Assembly (NCBI GenBank): GCA_023134165.1
Contig: JAGLUZ010000018.1
Coordinates: 1 to 35,839, forward strand
DNA from: Deltaproteobacteria bacterium
GTDB taxonomy: Bacteria > Desulfobacterota > GWC2-55-46 > DRQE01
Reading direction: 5' to 3'
Length of the DNA stretch: 35,839 nt
The position numbers and the translations under genes were made by a program. This document shows, piece after piece, positions 8,375-17,568 of this stretch. Numbering within the stretch: the first letter of the stretch is position 1; each line of letters opens with the position of its first letter. The notes beneath the pieces are model-generated. The model was not told the DNA's origin and did not search any database. It was given only the letters and a program-made list of their open reading frames with translations.

Positions 8375-9814
8375 TTAGCTCCTCTTAAAATCATCATCAA
8401 ATCGAGTTATGTCATCTTCGCCAAGGTAGCTACCATTTTGCACCTCAATTATCTCAAGTGGCACAGTCTTTGATAAATTCTCCAAGCGGTGCTTAACACC
8501 AACTGGTATATAGGTTGACTCATTCTTCTTTAATTTAATCTTCTCATCGCCGCACGTAATACTTGCCTGCCCCTTTATAACAACCCAGTGTTCACTTCTT
8601 TTTTTATGTGACTGAAGGCTTAACCTCTTCCCTGGAGTTACACTTATTTTTTTTATCTTATAGGACACCCCCTCTTCTAAGACTGTGTAGGTTCCCCACG
8701 GCCTCTGGATTGTCACGTGTCTTTGATGCTCAACGTAGTCTTTCTTCTTTAAAAGTCCGACCATGTCTTTTACTTCTTCAGCCCTGTTCCTTGGGCAAAC
8801 AAGAGTTGCGTCCGGGGTATCAACAACAACTATATCCTTAAGACCAATTGTAGCAAGCACCCTATCAGAGCCAATTATAAAAGAACCCTCACTACCGATA
8901 TCAACGACACGACCCTTAATAATATTACCTTCTTTATTTGGTTTCGCTGCCTCGTCCAAAGAAGCCCAAGACCCAACATCTGACCACCCAAAAGGAGCCT
9001 CAATTACAAGTGCCCTTTGAGCTTGCTCCATCACACCGTTATCAATTGAAATAGACTCAATTAATTTATATGCCTTCAAGATATCACGCCCCTCGTTTAT
9101 AGCTTTTAGGCCCTTATAGACACTAGGCGTATGTACCTTTAATTGCTCTAAGATGACCGAGGCTTTCCATATAAAAATTCCACTATTCCAAAAGTAAGAG
9201 CCTTCTTTTAAATATTTTTTTGCACGCACTAGGTTTGGTTTCTCAACAAACCTTTCTATATTTCTACCATTAACTGAGCCGTATTTTTTTTCACCTTTTT
9301 TCTCTGACTTAATGTATCCGTACCCTGTCTCTGGGGAACTTGGTTTTATCCCAAAGGTTACGAGGTACCCCTCTCTTGCGGCAATGACTGCACCACTTAT
9401 GGCTCGCTTAAAAGCAGGTATATTTTTTATCAAGTGATCTGCAGGGAAGACTGCCATCACTGCGTCCGGATTTTTCTTAATAAGCTCAAGTGCCGCAAGA
9501 CCAATAGCGGGGGCGGTATTTCTACCAAAAGGCTCAATAATAAAACCAACATCAGCAGAGATCTGAGCAGATTTTTTTTCCTTCACCTCTGAGGCAAGGT
9601 GGAGTTTTATCAGTTCAGCCTGCTCTGAGTTAGTAACAATTGATATTTTTTTTGTAGGGATAATACTAGAAAGCCTTTTTATAGTTCCTTGCAGTAAGCT
9701 ATCATCACCAGCAACCTTAAGTATCTGCTTGGGCATTGTCTCCCTAGAGAGTGGCCAAAAACGCGTACCAACACCGCCTGCTAAAATAACTCCAAATAAG
9801 TCTTTACTACTCAA
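8375..9814 (-). CDS. manC: Bifunctional mannose-1-phosphate guanylyltransferase / mannose-6-phosphate isomerase (type II PMI-GMP)
   Basis: 479 aa. N-terminal nucleotidyltransferase motif ILAGGVGTRFWPLSR and a C-terminal cupin (HWVVIKGQA..., GEDDITRFDD). TTG start with GGAGG 6 nt upstream. Confidence 0.9.
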   Translation of the reverse strand: MSSKDLFGVILAGGVGTRFWPLSRETMPKQILKVAGDDSLLQGTIKRLSSIIPTKKISIVTNSEQAELIKLHLASEVKEKKSAQISADVGFIIEPFGRNTAPAIGLAALELIKKNPDAVMAVFPADHLIKNIPAFKRAISGAVIAAREGYLVTFGIKPSSPETGYGYIKSEKKGEKKYGSVNGRNIERFVEKPNLVRAKKYLKEGSYFWNSGIFIWKASVILEQLKVHTPSVYKGLKAINEGRDILKAYKLIESISIDNGVMEQAQRALVIEAPFGWSDVGSWASLDEAAKPNKEGNIIKGRVVDIGSEGSFIIGSDRVLATIGLKDIVVVDTPDATLVCPRNRAEEVKDMVGLLKKKDYVEHQRHVTIQRPWGTYTVLEEGVSYKIKKISVTPGKRLSLQSHKKRSEHWVVIKGQASITCGDEKIKLKKNESTYIPVGVKHRLENLSKTVPLEIIEVQNGSYLGEDDITRFDDDFKRS

Positions 9815-9848
9815 AGCAAACCTCCAGAATTTTTACTTGAAAAAACTG

Positions 9849-10898
9849 CTAATCTTTTAATCCAATTTCTTTTGCACTCATTCCAAAACGAAAAAGAAGT
9901 TTTGAAAACTTTAAATTGCTGATCAATTTTTTTTCTTTAATTTTTTTTCTCTTCTTTAAAATTGGCAAGAGCTTATAAAATGCCGCTCCGTACGCCCGAA
10001 GGAGAATACCGCAGAGACTAAGCATTGAGAACTGCTCGCTATATCTTGCGCTTGCCCCCTTGCCTGTCTTTATCCCGTAAAGGTGAGTTAGATATCTTGA
10101 AAAAGTATAAGCAGGAGAAAGGAGTAAATTTTTTAGAGGAAAATTTTTCAAAACGACCCACACTCGATTTCGCTCAATTAAATAGGCCTTCCTCAAATTG
10201 TAAGCACCACTCGTCTTGGAGTAATGGTGAAAGACCCGAGCCTTTGGCACTGAAAAAGCTCGCCATCCAGCAAGCTTGGCTCTGAGGCCAAGGTCTGTAT
10301 CCTCACAATATGCAAAAAAATCTGGATCAAAGAGACCGATCACATCAAGCATTTTTTTACGGTAAAGACCCGCACATGCACTTGGCATTAAAATTTCTAC
10401 GTCTTCGTCAAATTGACCTTGGTCTTTTTCAAGTCTGCCACGACCGCGCGCTAAACCGTCTGGGTAAATAAGAAGACCCCCAACAGAATCAATTATGTCT
10501 TTCTCAACAACTGAAAGAATTTTTGGTGCCCACATCCCAACATCTTCACTTCCGCCTTTTACTGTTAGCAAAAGTGCATCTAAAAAATCAACCTCAACCA
10601 AAGTATCATTATTTAGGGTTAGTATAAACTCACCCTTAGAAGCTTTTATACCCTGATTATTTGCCTTAGCAAAACCTAGATTTTTTTTATTCTCTATTAT
10701 AATCGCTTGCGAGAAATGCGATTTTATCATTTCTACAGAGCCGTCTCTCGAACCATTATCTACGATAATAATCTCAAAATTTTTCTCAGTCATAGCGTAA
10801 AGAGACTCTAAGCAAGACTCAAGCACTTCCTTGCCATTCCAGTTAGCAATTATTATTGATACGACTGGTGCCTGTTCCAAAATTAATATTCCTTCCAT
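9849..10898 (-). CDS. Glycosyltransferase family 2
   Basis: 349 aa. VSIIIANWNGKEVLESCLESL...IIIVDNGSRDGS, and EDTDLGLRA, typical of GT-A/GT2 enzymes. Confidence 0.85.
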   Translation of the reverse strand: MEGILILEQAPVVSIIIANWNGKEVLESCLESLYAMTEKNFEIIIVDNGSRDGSVEMIKSHFSQAIIIENKKNLGFAKANNQGIKASKGEFILTLNNDTLVEVDFLDALLLTVKGGSEDVGMWAPKILSVVEKDIIDSVGGLLIYPDGLARGRGRLEKDQGQFDEDVEILMPSACAGLYRKKMLDVIGLFDPDFFAYCEDTDLGLRAKLAGWRAFSVPKARVFHHYSKTSGAYNLRKAYLIERNRVWVVLKNFPLKNLLLSPAYTFSRYLTHLYGIKTGKGASARYSEQFSMLSLCGILLRAYGAAFYKLLPILKKRKKIKEKKLISNLKFSKLLFRFGMSAKEIGLKD

Positions 10899-10910
10899 TA
10901 TACTAAAAAT

Positions 10911-12101
10911 TTAGGAAATGATTTTCCCGTATAGGTCTGTGTACTTAGCACCTATTATTTTCCAGTCCAAATTTTTCTTAATAAATTCAACCCCTCTTTG
11001 CACTGACTGTGAGTTATTTTCACTCTCTAAGGTCTCTCTGATTTTATCTCTAAGCCCTTCAACGTCACCGTATTTTACGGTCGCCCCGAGGGCATTCCCA
11101 CCAATTATATCACCGCACCCACTGTCATCAGTAACAATTACAGGGGTCTCACAAATTAAGGCCTCAAAAGGAACAAGGCCAAAAATTTCATTATGCGCTG
11201 GATAGACAACAACATTTGCGTCTCGATACAAACTGATTTTTTTTTCATCTGTGACTAAACCTGTAAAAATAACTCGTCCGTTAAGGTTTTTTTTCTCAAT
11301 AATTTTCAAGAGTTCCTTTTTAAACCCCATATCATTACCGGCGATGACAAGGACACTCTCCTTGTCTTCTAAGAGTGAGAAAGCTCTTAGAAGAAAATCC
11401 ACACCTTTTCCAGGACTAATACGTCCAAGATAAAGGACAATTTTCTTTCCTTCCAAATTATATTTTTTTTTAAAATTGGAATTAATAGAGGCTTTACTCA
11501 AGGCCTTGATATCAATTCCATTATAAATCAAAGTAGTCCGTTCTTTTGGAATTCCCATTGATTTGTATTGGTCAACTTCAATTTTCGAGACAGCTACAAA
11601 ATGCGTGGCTTCCTCTAAAATTTGCCTTCCAAAAAGAATATCAAAAACCGTCTTTAAAAAAAACCTTCTCTCTATTTGGGTCACAGTACCGTGTGCTGAG
11701 AGCAGATAAGGTTTTTTAAATTTCTTTGCATAATAATGAACAATATTATTTAGGAAATGGCGGTGACTATGAAGGTGGATGATATCAAAATCAGGTAAGG
11801 TTTCTTTAATTTTTTTTCTTAGACCAAAAGGGAGGAATAGTTGAAGGTCGTAGGCAAGGCGGTTACTTAGGTTTTTAAAATACACAACTTTTACGCCGTC
11901 TACTACGGCCTCAGTGCCGCTATCAATACCGCGAAGCCTGGAGCTTCTGTCAAAAACATCTGTCGTATAAACAGTGACCTCGTGTCCAATCCTTGCAAGT
12001 TCTTTTGTTAGTTCGAAGACGACCCTCGGCACACCTCCGTAGGCCCAAGCAGGGTAAAAATAAGGTAGCACATGCAGAATCTTTAGTTTCTTATTTACCA
12101 A
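10911..12101 (-). CDS. Glycosyltransferase family 4 (GT-B, retaining)
   Basis: 396 aa. N-terminal KILHVLPYFYPAWAYGG and a C-terminal EX7E-type motif (NEIFGLVPFEALICETPVIVTD). TTG start. Confidence 0.85.
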   Translation of the reverse strand: MVNKKLKILHVLPYFYPAWAYGGVPRVVFELTKELARIGHEVTVYTTDVFDRSSRLRGIDSGTEAVVDGVKVVYFKNLSNRLAYDLQLFLPFGLRKKIKETLPDFDIIHLHSHRHFLNNIVHYYAKKFKKPYLLSAHGTVTQIERRFFLKTVFDILFGRQILEEATHFVAVSKIEVDQYKSMGIPKERTTLIYNGIDIKALSKASINSNFKKKYNLEGKKIVLYLGRISPGKGVDFLLRAFSLLEDKESVLVIAGNDMGFKKELLKIIEKKNLNGRVIFTGLVTDEKKISLYRDANVVVYPAHNEIFGLVPFEALICETPVIVTDDSGCGDIIGGNALGATVKYGDVEGLRDKIRETLESENNSQSVQRGVEFIKKNLDWKIIGAKYTDLYGKIIS

Positions 12102-12275
12102 TGGTATGAGTCCTATTATTTATATTTTAAAGTATAATTGTAAGGACAAAAAGAGTATGGTACGTGCGGTTATGAAAAGCATTTCGTCTGAGACCAAACT
12201 AATTTGAAAAATAATCTTAACATTAAATCACAATCGTATAACAATATTTATTTACATTTTAAAAAGTTGCCACCC

Positions 12276-13202
12276 TCAGCTAAGTTCTCTGTACTCTTTT
12301 ATAGTTCTCTCAATCCCTTCCTCAAGAGAAACTTTTGGAATAAACCCAAGCTCATTCATCTTTCTTACGTCCATGCATTTTCTCATCATGCCGTCTGGCT
12401 TTGAGTCGTCCCAAAGTATCTCACCTTTAAACCCAGCCTTAAGGGCAATAATTTCTGCAAGTTTTTTTATTGCAATCTCCTTGCCGCTACCAATATTTAT
12501 AACATCTGGAGTCTTGTGGTTATTCATAAAAAATATAGCTGCATTTGCAGCGTCATCCACGTGTAAGAATTCACGTAGCGGCTGACCCGTACCCCAAAGC
12601 GTAACCTTGCTAATACCACCACCAGTGGCATCAACAAACTTTCTAACAAGAGCGGAGAAAACATGGGAGGTATTTAGATCAAAGGAATCACCAGTTCCGT
12701 AAAGATTTGAAGGCATAAGGTTTATTCCACTAAAGCCGTATTGTTTATTGTAACTCTCAACCATCTTTATTCCAGCAATCTTTGCAACTGCATAGGCCTC
12801 GTTAGTTGGCTCCAAGAGACCTGTTAAGAGGCTTGCTTCTTTAATCGGTTGCTCACTCTCTCTTGGGTAAATACACGAGCTTCCGAGAAAGCATATTTTT
12901 TCGGCCTCACTCCTCCATGCCTCATGAATGAGGTTACACTGAATGAGCAGATTTTCACGAATAAATTCTGCAGGGTAATCCACATTAGCCTGAATACCGC
13001 CTACTCTAGCGGCTGCTAAAAAAACATACTCTGGACGATTAGCGAAGAAAAAATCTTTTACACGACGACCATCAAGGAGGTCTAGTTCTTTACGCGTTGC
13101 GGTGAGGAGGTTAGTATAACCGCTCTCTTTTAAATTACGAAGAATGGCAGAGCCTACCATTCCCCTGTGACCAGCAATAAATATTTTACTATCTTTTTTC
13201 AT
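12276..13202 (-). CDS. fcl: GDP-L-fucose synthase (GDP-4-keto-6-deoxy-D-mannose 3,5-epimerase/4-reductase)
   Basis: 308 aa SDR. IFIAGHRGMVGSAI, GSSCIYP, YAVAKIAG and NLYGTGD. Lies in a gmd/manC context. Confidence 0.9.
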   Translation of the reverse strand: MKKDSKIFIAGHRGMVGSAILRNLKESGYTNLLTATRKELDLLDGRRVKDFFFANRPEYVFLAAARVGGIQANVDYPAEFIRENLLIQCNLIHEAWRSEAEKICFLGSSCIYPRESEQPIKEASLLTGLLEPTNEAYAVAKIAGIKMVESYNKQYGFSGINLMPSNLYGTGDSFDLNTSHVFSALVRKFVDATGGGISKVTLWGTGQPLREFLHVDDAANAAIFFMNNHKTPDVINIGSGKEIAIKKLAEIIALKAGFKGEILWDDSKPDGMMRKCMDVRKMNELGFIPKVSLEEGIERTIKEYRELS

Positions 13203-13205
13203 AAA

Positions 13206-14087
13206 TTATAATTTCAACCAGCCGTCTGGGAACAGATCCGTAGTCTTATATTTCTCTGTTGCAAGCCAACGCTTCGGGGCTATAATAATCTTATCTGGGT
13301 TTTTACCAAGCCACGCACCCCACCAGGAAAACGTACTGTTAGCGATTATGTGATGTTTGCATTTACTCATCAACCGGAGATCCTCGTGTGCGTTGTCCGA
13401 GCCATTATGATTAACAGAGGTAGTCTCTGCTGAAAGCTTTAAATTTTCAGCCACCCATTCTGGGTCATCACTAAAAATAAAGAACCTAGGACTAGCGACC
13501 TTTTCTTCTATGACCCTCACAGCTCTCTCGTAATAATCTAGACCACAAAAACCAATTTGTTTTTTTGCGGCCTCGTCACCGATGTAGTCCCCTCTTCGTA
13601 TATGAAGACTAACACTTTCCACCTCGGCCATAATTTTTACAAGCTCTAGGTTTTTTCCTGTCTCTTTTTCTTTTAATGTAAATTCTTCTCTTATTATTTG
13701 CTCGTAATCCTTAAAATAAAGTTCTGTTTGCCAGTAACCATCTAGGCAAGACCCGTCTGGGGATTTTAAAATGTCAGGGTCAAAGGTGAAGAGTTTTTTT
13801 TCTTTGTTGTAATATGGTGAGACACGCTTTCTTTTAAAAAACTTTTCTAATAAATTCTTTTTTTTTCTTTCTTTTTTTGAGAACTGAAGAAACGGAGCGC
13901 ACTCTTCCTTTGTTGCAAAACTCTCAGCAATATTAAAAGCACCAAGAGCATATCCGCGAAGCGACTGTTTCTGAAAAAAAGATATGTCCATCTTTAATTC
14001 AACACCGTGCCTCTCGGCAAGACTCCTGCCTGTGGCATACTGAAAAAGTTGATTACCAAGACCTCCGTATAGCTTTGTGATTATCAT
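13206..14087 (-). CDS. Alpha-1,2-fucosyltransferase (glycosyltransferase family 11)
   Basis: 293 aa. N-terminal GGLGNQLFQYATGRSLA, HIRRGDY, and the C-terminal SNSTFSWWGAWL-type motif (IANSTFSWWGAWLGK). These are GT11 hallmarks. Confidence 0.8.
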   Translation of the reverse strand: MIITKLYGGLGNQLFQYATGRSLAERHGVELKMDISFFQKQSLRGYALGAFNIAESFATKEECAPFLQFSKKERKKKNLLEKFFKRKRVSPYYNKEKKLFTFDPDILKSPDGSCLDGYWQTELYFKDYEQIIREEFTLKEKETGKNLELVKIMAEVESVSLHIRRGDYIGDEAAKKQIGFCGLDYYERAVRVIEEKVASPRFFIFSDDPEWVAENLKLSAETTSVNHNGSDNAHEDLRLMSKCKHHIIANSTFSWWGAWLGKNPDKIIIAPKRWLATEKYKTTDLFPDGWLKL

Positions 14088-14107
14088 TGCGTTAGATTCA
14101 AAGTGCT

Positions 14108-14851
14108 TTATTTTTTTTCTACCCTACGTCGACATTCCCATGATTTCTTATCCACAAAAATTGTATTAATAAACGTATCTGCATAAACCATATATCCTAC
14201 CGACTCCATAAAATTAATTATTTTTATGTCTTTAATTCCTTCATCATAACTAACTGTCTCTATACAAAACACCTCTGGGCGAATTTTATTAAAATCAAAA
14301 CTCTTTAATATCTCCATCTCAAGACCCTCAACATCAAGAGAAACAAAGTTTGGATACGTCTCAAAATTCAACGCTACTACCTCATTTACGTTTTTTACAT
14401 CTACCTTAATAGTTTCAACGAGGTCGTGTTCTTTAAATTCTATATACTTTTTTGCTACCACTTCATCAAAAGTCGAAAGAGTTCTAGCTGAAAGTACATA
14501 GAAGTCTAGGGTACTATTTTTTTCCGCAAGCCCAATATTTAAATTAACATCACGTTTTCTTTTTGAGAGAAATTTTGAATACAGCATAGGGTCTGGCTCT
14601 ATATTCACCCCCCTACATCCTTTTTTATAAAAAAAATGTGTATTGCTAAATTTCATAGGGTCATGGGCTCCTATGTCCAAATAATGTGGCTTTCTTATCC
14701 CAATACTTCTCAGAAGAACATCCAAAATTATATCCTCTCCAGACTGAGCATAAGTTTTTTTAAAGTTTTTTTTGAATTTAAAAAATTTCATTGTTTTTAA
14801 CCCTTTCAGAAGTTTATATATAAAAGAATAGGACTCTTTTTTCGAAGGCAT
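14108..14851 (-). CDS. FkbM-family SAM-dependent methyltransferase
   Basis: 247 aa. YLDIGAHDPMKFSNTHFFYKKGCRGVNIEPDP, and a C-terminal half typical of the FkbM family. Confidence 0.75.
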   Translation of the reverse strand: MPSKKESYSFIYKLLKGLKTMKFFKFKKNFKKTYAQSGEDIILDVLLRSIGIRKPHYLDIGAHDPMKFSNTHFFYKKGCRGVNIEPDPMLYSKFLSKRKRDVNLNIGLAEKNSTLDFYVLSARTLSTFDEVVAKKYIEFKEHDLVETIKVDVKNVNEVVALNFETYPNFVSLDVEGLEMEILKSFDFNKIRPEVFCIETVSYDEGIKDIKIINFMESVGYMVYADTFINTIFVDKKSWECRRRVEKK

Positions 14852-14946
14852 TACATTAATCTAAACTTTGATTTTCCTACAACACACCAGCCAATTACTC
14901 TTCTTACTCTATTTAGAACCTCAAAAACGTCACCAATCTAATTTCG

Positions 14947-15747
14947 TTACCTTTTACTTTTTTCCACCTTACTTGATATTGCTACGTAATTTGCGTTTTG
15001 AAAATTTTCCATCCATTCCACATACTCTCTTAGCATTAGCCCCTTGGGCATAATCTTTGCAATTTTAAAATCTTTTGCTCTAAAGTTTCTATAAATTTCT
15101 TTTAAACTAGTTCTCGAATCTATATTAGCCCCACCATATTCAAATTGAATAAAATCTATCTTATCCTTAGCTAAGAATTCACCCATCCCCTTAAAGGCAT
15201 TTACTTCGTTTCCCTCTATATCTATTTTCATAAATTCTATTCTGTCTATTTTATTCTCTTTTAAATATTCCTCAAGCCTTATGATCTCTATCTCTTCACT
15301 CTCATTCATCTCAATATTCTTATCAAATAAATCCCTCTTATATACAGACGCTATTCCGCTACCCTCTACGTCATAGTGAAGCCTAACTTTTTCATTCTTA
15401 TCAGAGAGTCCTTTATTTACTAAAACAACGTTGTCATTGCCATTATACTTTTCTTTTAAAAGATTAAAACAATATTTACTTGGCTCAAAACCATAGACCT
15501 TGCATTTTATATTTTTTTTCAAGGATTCTTTTAAGACGAAATCAGTATACTCGCCCTTGTTAACACCTATGTCAAAAAAAGTTATCTCTTCTAGGCCTTT
15601 ACTACTATAGTAGTTGAAAACGTTTTGTACAAACAACAACTCGCCATTTTTATCAAACTTACCATTATTGTTATTCTCTAGTTTTTTAAACCATTTTAAG
15701 ACTTTCTTTCGAGCTCTTTTTTGGAAATAAGTTTCTTCTATAAACAT
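14947..15747 (-). CDS. FkbM-family SAM-dependent methyltransferase (second copy, divergent)
   Basis: 266 aa. FFDIGVNKGEYTDFVLK...VYGFEPSKYCF and DFIQFEYGG. Confidence 0.75.
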   Translation of the reverse strand: MFIEETYFQKRARKKVLKWFKKLENNNNGKFDKNGELLFVQNVFNYYSSKGLEEITFFDIGVNKGEYTDFVLKESLKKNIKCKVYGFEPSKYCFNLLKEKYNGNDNVVLVNKGLSDKNEKVRLHYDVEGSGIASVYKRDLFDKNIEMNESEEIEIIRLEEYLKENKIDRIEFMKIDIEGNEVNAFKGMGEFLAKDKIDFIQFEYGGANIDSRTSLKEIYRNFRAKDFKIAKIMPKGLMLREYVEWMENFQNANYVAISSKVEKSKR

Positions 15748-15765
15748 ATAATATCCCTCTTCTAC

Positions 15766-16236
15766 TTACTTTATCTCTGGGCCTTTTAACCAGTCGTATC
15801 CAATGACAGAATCGTCATACTCTATTCTACCTTCTTCTTCAACGTCATAGACCCCAGAAGTTATGTAGAAAAGATTTGCCGGACCATCTATACACTTGCA
15901 TCCGTGTGCCACACCAGGAGGAATTTTTACAATAACTGAGTCCTGATTATCCCCCATCAAAAGTTCCATTGTCTCACCGTTTGTCTTTGACCCATCCCTC
16001 TTATCATGCAAAACAACCTTCAGGACGCCGCCAGATACGTACCACCAGTCGATTTGATTTTTATGAATATGCCAAGCTTTGGCACTTCCCTCATACATAA
16101 GAGAATGACTTAATTGGCCAAAACCTTCACCAAAGAAATCATCTGTTACCCTAATCATCTCACGAAAAAAACCACGCTCATCTGTATGGGTGACAAGTTC
16201 TTTTATGATAACGCCGTCAATTTTAGGCTCTTTCAT
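15766..16236 (-). CDS. Short RmlC-like cupin, putative NDP-4-keto-6-deoxyhexose 3,5-epimerase
   Basis: The ORF track starts at GTG 16242. I prefer the ATG at 16234-16236 (MKEPKIDG..., 156 aa) because the GGAAGGAG Shine-Dalgarno lies 5-6 nt upstream of it. Motifs are DERGFFREM, AWHIHKNQIDWWYV, IPPGVAHG and IEYDDSVIGYDW, resembling dTDP-4-dehydrorhamnose 3,5-epimerase. Confidence 0.7.
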   Translation of the reverse strand: MKEPKIDGVIIKELVTHTDERGFFREMIRVTDDFFGEGFGQLSHSLMYEGSAKAWHIHKNQIDWWYVSGGVLKVVLHDKRDGSKTNGETMELLMGDNQDSVIVKIPPGVAHGCKCIDGPANLFYITSGVYDVEEEGRIEYDDSVIGYDWLKGPEIK

Positions 16237-16251
16237 TCTCACTCCTTCCCT

Positions 16252-17394
16252 CTAATACAACCCTGTTGAGAGTTTACTCTCTGTCCAGTCAATCCCCTTT
16301 GCCTTAACAGCACTCCTGCCCTCACCCTTTGACTTTGCCCCGATAAAATCAAAGTCATGATCTACCATAACCTTGGTTAGCTCCTCAAATGTAATCCGAG
16401 GCTCCCAGCCAAGCTCGGTTCTTGCCTTTGTTATATCGGCCTTTAAAAAATCTACCTCAGTTGGGCGAAAATACTTTGGATCAATCTCAATGATAACATC
16501 TCCGACCTTAAGAGGTGTTTGCACCTCGTCAGCAATAGACTTCAGGACTGCCTTCTCGCTCTCGCCAGAGCCTTGCCATTCAAGCTCAAGACCAGCGTAA
16601 TTAAAGGCAACCTCCACAAATTCACGCACCGAGTGGCTCTCTCCTGTGCCGATGACAAAATCATTTGGCGTGTCTTGCTGAAGAATAAGCCACTGACACT
16701 CTATATATTCTGGGGCAAATCCCCAGTCGCGTTTGGCCTCAAGGTTTCCAAGGTATAGTTTTTTCTGCTTACCTAAAATTAAATTTGCAAGCGCCCTTGT
16801 TATCTTTCTCGTAACGAATGTCTCACCCCTTCTTGGGCTTTCGTGGTTAAAGAGAATTCCATTTGCCGCAAAAATACCATACCCCTCGCGGTAATTTACT
16901 GTCATCCAATACGCATAGACCTTTGCCGCGGCGTAAGGACTGCGAGGATAAAAAAGTGTCTTTTCATTTTGCGGTGGTGGAGTTGCACCAAACATCTCAC
17001 TGCTTGACGCTTGATAGTAACGCGCCTTGCTCCCGCTCCTACGCATGGCCTCAAGGAGGCGAGTTGTTCCCATCCCTGTTACCTCACCAGTATACTCTGG
17101 GGTATCAAAGCTAACGCGTACGTGGCTCTGAGCTCCAAGATGATAAATCTCATCTGGCATTGTATTATAAATTAGGTTCGTGAGTTGACCCGAGTCTGTT
17201 AAGTCCCCGTAATGCAGAAACATCCTTGCATCAGGGTTATGGGGGTCTTTATAGATGTGATCAATTCGATGCGTATTAAAGGTACTTGCCCTGCGGATAA
17301 GCCCGTGGACTTCGTAGCCCTTACTTAGTAAAAATTCTGCGAGATATGAGCCGTCTTGTCCTGTTATTCCTGTAATTAGGGCTTTTTTTGCCAT
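16252..17394 (-). CDS. gmd: GDP-mannose 4,6-dehydratase
   Basis: The ORF track starts at TTG 17397. The adjacent ATG at 17392-17394 ([23 protein letters not shown]) is the likely start. Also [17 protein letters not shown] and [10 protein letters not shown]. Confidence 0.95.
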   Translation of the reverse strand: MAKKALITGITGQDGSYLAEFLLSKGYEVHGLIRRASTFNTHRIDHIYKDPHNPDARMFLHYGDLTDSGQLTNLIYNTMPDEIYHLGAQSHVRVSFDTPEYTGEVTGMGTTRLLEAMRRSGSKARYYQASSSEMFGATPPPQNEKTLFYPRSPYAAAKVYAYWMTVNYREGYGIFAANGILFNHESPRRGETFVTRKITRALANLILGKQKKLYLGNLEAKRDWGFAPEYIECQWLILQQDTPNDFVIGTGESHSVREFVEVAFNYAGLELEWQGSGESEKAVLKSIADEVQTPLKVGDVIIEIDPKYFRPTEVDFLKADITKARTELGWEPRITFEELTKVMVDHDFDFIGAKSKGEGRSAVKAKGIDWTESKLSTGLY

Positions 17395-17568
17395 CAATAT
17401 AATCCTCTCATTTTAATAATTTCAAACATTTAAATTTTTATATTTTCTTTGTACTACAACCATCCAAAATTCTTTTACAAACGAGGAGTTGTAAGGCAAG
17501 ATGCAAGCTAATCCTTTTAACTCATAGTATCTTTAAATAGTCTTGCTACTTGTCTTTACTAAGATCTT

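Noticed and set aside
14868-15053. 61-aa plus-strand ORF in and around the gap between the two FkbM genes.
   Set aside because: It mostly overlaps the 3' end of the second FkbM gene on the opposite strand and has no ribosome-binding site.
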